A DNA stretch of 64,000 bases from Ignavibacteria bacterium (GTDB lineage: Bacteria; Bacteroidota; Ignavibacteria; Kapaibacteriales; Kapaibacteriaceae). Shown in pieces: positions 59,024 through 64,000 of the stretch (within the stretch, counting starts at the first letter, position 1; every line of letters starts with the position of its first letter). The notes under the pieces were generated by a model. That model had not been told where the DNA came from. It searched no databases and saw only the letters and a list, made by a program, of their open reading frames with translations. The DNA is taken from assembly GCA_016707005.1 (NCBI GenBank), contig JADJIQ010000002.1, forward strand, positions 741,527 to 805,526, written 5' to 3'. Made by a program: the position numbers and the translations under genes.

Positions 59024-62000
59024 ATGTACCAAGGAAGGGGTGGGACAATGAACCGACAACGGCTTTCGCTCTCATCATTGAAGCGCTCGCTCGTCCCGCG
59101 GATTCCAACAGAGCAACGCTCGGTTGCCACCGTCGTGGAGCGACCAGAAGCCTTTGGGCTTTCGCGCAGACATGCGATCAAACTCGCCGGCGCACTTACT
59201 CTTGCAGCCGCACCTCTTGCCGGGATCGTCCAGGCCGCGGTCAGCACTTCGTATGTCATGGTCCGTCGCGGACGGCGCATCGTCTTCCTCGTTGCCGGCG
59301 TGGAACGCTGGTCTGTGGATCCTGACCTCTTCGATGGAACGCCAAGCGTTCACGCATCAGAGACCGATGCCGGGATCGTCGTCACGCTGCGTGATGCTCT
59401 CTTCCCCGGCACCCAGATCAGAGCCGACGTTGAAGCCCATATCTCACGAGGGATCAGCGCTCAGGCCACATTCCGCTTTGCAGCACTTGGGGCCACAGAG
59501 AGCGTTGACTTCGTTCAGTGGCTTCTCGACACGTCAGCAGCACACCTGCTGCGCACGTCTGCCATTCATTCGCACATCGGCGCAGATGCATCCGTTGCGA
59601 TCGCTTCTGGAGTGGCATCGTTCCGACCATCATGGGTTTTGACATTTGCCTCAGCATCAATGCTCACGGCAGACAAACGCACGCTCCTTGGTTCACGCTG
59701 CTCAGTAATGGCTCTGGCAAAGGATGCCCCCTCTCTCACAACCGGTGCCAATGGGAAACGGTCCTTGGTTCGCGTTGAGCGCGGAGATCAACCGTGGGAG
59801 GTAAAGATCGATCCAACCGGTCTTGCAGACTGGCAGCTCGTGTCGAACAGCACCTCGTTCGATGCGTGCTCCTTGGAGATACGATCGGACGGTCAAGCAA
59901 CTGGGATGATGGAGGCAGCACGTGAGGGGGCAACATTTCTCAACGTAGCAGAAGCCGGGATCACACTTCCTCTCCGTGACCTTCGTTACGCATGGGCTAT
60001 GACGGAGAAGGGGCGCCATGACGGCCTTGTAGCACGATATGCGAAGGGTGCCGAGTGGACACATATCGAAGGTGTCTCCGTTGAATTGGGTGACCGAGAA
60101 GGTATTCCACCGCTCGAGATCGAGCGCAGGGGCCAGGAGATCACGAGGCTTATTGTTGCGCCGGGTCTGAAGAGATATGTGATCCCCGTATCCGGGGCCG
60201 TCACGGAACCCACAACAACACATCCTCTCTACCAGCTTGCCTTGTTAACGAAGTCCGTAAAGCCCTCGGCGTTGCCTAAACCGCACATGCATCTGGCATC
60301 GCTGCAGGTGGACCTCAAACAGACGATGTCTGTGCAGTCGCAGGTAAAGGATCCAACCGTCACCGGCACGGTGAAGAAATCACTCGGAAAACTTGGCAAG
60401 GCCAAGTTCACCATGCCGAACAATCCTCGTGTTACGGTGATCCGTCCTGACGACTTGCTGGTGTTGACCTTTGAGTTTCAGAATATCACACTCAACAAAT
60501 CCGGCGGAACATTCTCCGGCGGCGGCAGCGGGTCTCGACTCATCGTTCATTTCCAACCGCAGCACATCGCCGAACGCGCATTCTTCTATACGGGTGACAA
60601 ACCCGCCGATCAATCGGCCTATCCTCCCGGAGATCAATCGAAGAAGACGAGCAGCGACGAACCATTGCTCGATCCGCCGATCGATGCAGCGATGGCTCAT
60701 CCGTCGCGGCTTTCGTTCCAGCTTCCTTCCGGGTATTCCGGCAAGTACAGTATTGAAGGTTTGCTCGACTGGAAGAAGTTCACTCTTGCTGTTTCACCGA
60801 GTGCCAAACCCCCTGCTGTTGAATCGATCTACTCTTCATTGGCATCAAGCACCTTCTTGAAGTATGCGTCTGTTGGCGACTCAGAAGTAAAGGATGCGAA
60901 GAGTTCGATGCTCTATGTAAAGAAGAAGGGCATCAGCACGGGCAAGAAGTACACGGTGAATGCCGGTGCATCAAGCAGGTTAACGTCGAAGAAACAGTCA
61001 CGCGTGAAGTCGGCGTTCGAATCACAGGCAGACCTTGCAACATCACTTGCCGACTCAACGATCAGCGACATCCTTGCTGCTGCACTCGTAAAGCCCCCTA
61101 TCAAATGGCCGGAGCTCGACGAAACAGCGATCGAATATCCGTACCGTTTGTTCCTTTCGCCGAACAAATACGCCGGATTCGCCCACCGCACGTCAAGCGG
61201 GCTTACGCCTGACCAACGCAAGGTAGAGCTGTGGCACACCCGTCTTGGTGTTCGCCACACGGACGGATCGGTGAATGAGAACGCAGAGTACTTCCGCACG
61301 GTTCGTGCTATTTGGTCGCCCGATTACGGCACAGCACGCACGATGCAGCCCATCTTCAAAGAACGTCCGTTCCGCACCTCACTCAATCGCAGAGACCGCA
61401 GTGAGATCGTAGACCTTACATCCAATTACGGGCTGAAGTTCACCGAAACCGAACCCGTCAAGGTGAAACGACTGATGCTCACGTCGCTTGGCGCATGGAT
61501 GGATGGCACCGGTTCGTGGGATCCGCATCCGGATGATGATCTCGAGGTAGAAGGTTGGGTACAACGCGGCGCACAGGGAAGAGACACGTTTGTTCGCGTT
61601 GCCTACAAAGGATACCTCTATCCGTTCGGGAACAGAGCAACGCTGATCAAGGAGACCGAACGCAAGTTCGTGCGGACACCACGCGGAGACATGGCGGCAT
61701 ATCTCATGCAGCGCATGTTCATCATTCTCAAGGAGCCCGTTCGCGAGTTTCCGGCTGACGGACTCGACGGCATGGAGTATGAAGGCAGAGAGTTCCCGTT
61801 CCGTCGCGTAACCATCACAACGAAGATGACGCCGAACTTGGAGCTCCCAAAGCCCCTTATTGAATCAGATGACACACTGTTCTCCAGCAACAGCTTCTGG
61901 CCGATGTTCAGCATTGGCGGCGGAGCGCCGCAAGATGTGCGATGGAACTGCATCGCAACGGACTGGGACAACAACACCGTTCAGTTCAGTGTGCCCCTAG

Positions 62001-64000
62001 CCTTCCTCACTTCGCCAGACTGCGCGGGTTCGGGCAGCGTGAGCAAGTTGCAAACGTTCAGTGGCAACAAGAATGGCTCTGGCGATGCAAGTTCGTATGT
62101 AAAGCAGATGTCACGCAGAACCGTAGAGATCAACGGTCAGAAGGTTGCCTTTGCTCCGTCGATCAAACGTGGCGACACCTCCTTCCCCACGGCGAAGTTC
62201 TACCTTCACGGATATGCGAACAACGAGATCCCGGTGAACACACCGCGGTTCTTCCCGCGCATGGAGAAGTCGACGGTTGCCATCGAGAAGGTCCAAGAAC
62301 TCCTCGGCACCAGCGGCACAAACACCGTCAAGTTCTACGAGAAATACCTCGCCCATGCCTTCGAGGCCGGGGCCGCCGTTGCCAAGGGCGCAAGCGTCAA
62401 CGTCAACGACATCAAGAATCCAACACAGATGTTCCTTGCGCTTCAAGACGCATTGAACATGGACTTCGGAGCTCAGTCGGATAAGGGAGGGGGCTTGGCA
62501 GCACCAAGCATTGGTGTTGATGCACTCTCTCGTTTGATGGGGCCGATCCAAGGCAAGGTGAATGACCTTGCGAACTCTGCTGCCGCAGTGGGGAACTTCG
62601 ATCCGATGGAGTATTTCGCCGGCTTGCTGAACAGCAAGATCTTGGGCGACATCACTCTCAAGGACGTCCTTGATTTTGTTCAGGGCATTCTGAACAACAT
62701 GGACAAGATGCCTGGCCTTGATAAGAAGGACGACTTCGGGATCAAGGACGACATTGATGATATCAAGGCCAAGGCAGATGAAGTAAAGGCAGAGGCGGAG
62801 AAACTCGTTGCTGATGTCGCGGCAGAAGTCAACGCCGCAAAGGCTGCACTCAAGGCCGAAGTTGATGCCGTGAAGAGCGAGATCCAAGGCTACATCAATG
62901 CAGGAAAGAAGGCCGCTGAAGATCGCATCAAGGAATGGAAAAAACGGATCGACGATAAGATCAATGAACTCAAGTCCGAGATCGATAAAGCCCTGGAGCC
63001 CCTTATCGAGGCCGGTAACGAGGCAGCAGAGAAATACAAAGAAGTTGCAGGTGCACTCGAAGGGTTGAAGAAGGGTCTTCAACTTGTGTACGAATGGCAG
63101 ACGGAGATCAAGGGTTCCCCTGGCAACATTCTGATGCCACGTGATCCGGGAGCAACCGATAAGGACGACAAAGCTATTCTGTATCTCAAGGCTGAGTTCA
63201 TCAAGAAGCTCAACCTCGATCCGCCGGAAGTGAAACTCTACGGATCGCTGTCGAACTTTATCATCAACCTCATCGGTGATGGTGCTGCACAGTTCCTCAT
63301 CATCACGTTCAACAAGCTGTCGTTCTCGGCGAAGATCGGTGAGAAACCATCGATCAACCCCGACATTGCAAGTGTGGAGTTTGCAGGCCCCCTCTCCTTT
63401 GTCAACAAGCTCAAGGATCTCATTCCAAAGGGCGGCGGCGGCGGTGGGGTTGGCTTCTCATTCGACTTCAACGTATTGCCATCAGGCATCACGGCCTCCC
63501 TTACGATCGGTCTGCCCAATGTGACCGTTGGCGTGTTCTCTCTGCAGAACATGGCCTTCATCATGAGCATCACCATTCCGTTCGATGGACGTCCGTTCTC
63601 CGCCTACTTCGCATTCTGCACCAAGGACAATCCGTTCCGCCTGACGATCATGATGTTTGCAGGGGGCGGATTCTTCGGCATCGAGATCACACCGTCCGGC
63701 GTGCGTATGCTCGAAGCTGCATTTGAATTCGGTGGCAACTTCGGATTCGACTGCGGCGTGGCCTCCGGCGGTGCAAGTGTGATGGCCGGCGTCTATTACA
63801 AACTCGAATCGAAAGAGATCGAAGGCAAGATGGTAGAACAGTCCGAACTCACGGGCTACTTCCGTCTCACGGGAAATCTTTCCATACTTGGTTTGATTCG
63901 CATAAGCCTTCTCTTTGAATTGAAGCTCACGTGGCAAAGCAACGGCAAGGTCTTTGGTGTTGCCACGATCGAAGTGGAGATCGAGATCCTCTTCATCAGC
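59024..64000 (+). CDS. giant Tat-signal protein of unknown function (more than 1658 aa, continues past window end)
   Basis: Frame-2 ORF uninterrupted from stop at 58991 to 64000, verified codon by codon; not in supplied track because no stop in window; ATG at 59024 or 59048; twin-arginine-like motif GLSRRHAIKLAGALTLAAAPLAG; long Ala/Lys/Glu coiled-coil block (aa approx 1240-1340) and Gly-rich hydrophobic C-terminal region (KGGGGGGVGFSFDF...MFAGGGFFGIEI...). Confidence 0.6.
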   Translation, partial: MYQGRGGTMNRQRLSLSSLKRSLVPRIPTEQRSVATVVERPEAFGLSRRHAIKLAGALTLAAAPLAGIVQAAVSTSYVMVRRGRRIVFLVAGVERWSVDPDLFDGTPSVHASETDAGIVVTLRDALFPGTQIRADVEAHISRGISAQATFRFAALGATESVDFVQWLLDTSAAHLLRTSAIHSHIGADASVAIASGVASFRPSWVLTFASASMLTADKRTLLGSRCSVMALAKDAPSLTTGANGKRSLVRVERGDQPWEVKIDPTGLADWQLVSNSTSFDACSLEIRSDGQATGMMEAAREGATFLNVAEAGITLPLRDLRYAWAMTEKGRHDGLVARYAKGAEWTHIEGVSVELGDREGIPPLEIERRGQEITRLIVAPGLKRYVIPVSGAVTEPTTTHPLYQLALLTKSVKPSALPKPHMHLASLQVDLKQTMSVQSQVKDPTVTGTVKKSLGKLGKAKFTMPNNPRVTVIRPDDLLVLTFEFQNITLNKSGGTFSGGGSGSRLIVHFQPQHIAERAFFYTGDKPADQSAYPPGDQSKKTSSDEPLLDPPIDAAMAHPSRLSFQLPSGYSGKYSIEGLLDWKKFTLAVSPSAKPPAVESIYSSLASSTFLKYASVGDSEVKDAKSSMLYVKKKGISTGKKYTVNAGASSRLTSKKQSRVKSAFESQADLATSLADSTISDILAAALVKPPIKWPELDETAIEYPYRLFLSPNKYAGFAHRTSSGLTPDQRKVELWHTRLGVRHTDGSVNENAEYFRTVRAIWSPDYGTARTMQPIFKERPFRTSLNRRDRSEIVDLTSNYGLKFTETEPVKVKRLMLTSLGAWMDGTGSWDPHPDDDLEVEGWVQRGAQGRDTFVRVAYKGYLYPFGNRATLIKETERKFVRTPRGDMAAYLMQRMFIILKEPVREFPADGLDGMEYEGREFPFRRVTITTKMTPNLELPKPLIESDDTLFSSNSFWPMFSIGGGAPQDVRWNCIATDWDNNTVQFSVPLAFLTSPDCAGSGSVSKLQTFSGNKNGSGDASSYVKQMSRRTVEINGQKVAFAPSIKRGDTSFPTAKFYLHGYANNEIPVNTPRFFPRMEKSTVAIEKVQELLGTSGTNTVKFYEKYLAHAFEAGAAVAKGASVNVNDIKNPTQMFLALQDALNMDFGAQSDKGGGLAAPSIGVDALSRLMGPIQGKVNDLANSAAAVGNFDPMEYFAGLLNSKILGDITLKDVLDFVQGILNNMDKMPGLDKKDDFGIKDDIDDIKAKADEVKAEAEKLVADVAAEVNAAKAALKAEVDAVKSEIQGYINAGKKAAEDRIKEWKKRIDDKINELKSEIDKALEPLIEAGNEAAEKYKEVAGALEGLKKGLQLVYEWQTEIKGSPGNILMPRDPGATDKDDKAILYLKAEFIKKLNLDPPEVKLYGSLSNFIINLIGDGAAQFLIITFNKLSFSAKIGEKPSINPDIASVEFAGPLSFVNKLKDLIPKGGGGGGVGFSFDFNVLPSGITASLTIGLPNVTVGVFSLQNMAFIMSITIPFDGRPFSAYFAFCTKDNPFRLTIMMFAGGGFFGIEITPSGVRMLEAAFEFGGNFGFDCGVASGGASVMAGVYYKLESKEIEGKMVEQSELTGYFRLTGNLSILGLIRISLLFELKLTWQSNGKVFGVATIEVEIEILFIS

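Noticed and set aside
62111-63082. 323-aa minus-strand ORF in the track
   Set aside because: Low-complexity Leu/Asp/Gly-rich antisense translation of the coiled-coil region of the giant plus-strand ORF, which is the real gene.

Overview
This 64 kb window is a chromosomal housekeeping region of a moderately GC-rich bacterium, probably FCB-group. I infer this from a type-9-secretion C-terminal sorting domain on one protein, a Bacteroidota-type TTG / TAnnTTTG promoter upstream of rpsA, and many SurA-, OMP- and T9SS-like envelope genes. I found about 50 protein genes, including surE, rseP, dxr, rng, hmgA, rpsA, folC, purH, ribE, pcrA/uvrD, trpS, rpe, cysS, hutI, asd, murC and two SurA-type chaperones, plus one tRNA-Arg(TCT), a phd/vapC toxin-antitoxin pair and several envelope or secreted proteins. 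I saw no rRNA, CRISPR, transposase or integrase.

The most striking feature is a recurring element that the gene content does not explain. At seven loci there are arrays of short (7 to 19 bp) tandem repeats arranged as inverted (foldback) pairs. In three cases the pair encloses a single small gene of the four-helix-bundle family (TIGR02436, the 23S-rRNA intervening-sequence protein family). In four cases the pair is empty. Every array sits flush against a start or stop codon of the neighbouring genes and often supplies the neighbour's stop codon. Unit sequences differ between loci but fall into a few families. This looks like an undescribed foldback-type cassette or mobile-element system carrying 4HB genes.

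The second notable object is a giant protein of more than 1650 aa that runs off the 3' end of the window. It has a Tat-like signal, a long amphipathic coiled-coil block and a Gly-rich hydrophobic C-terminal region. The supplied ORF track does not list it.
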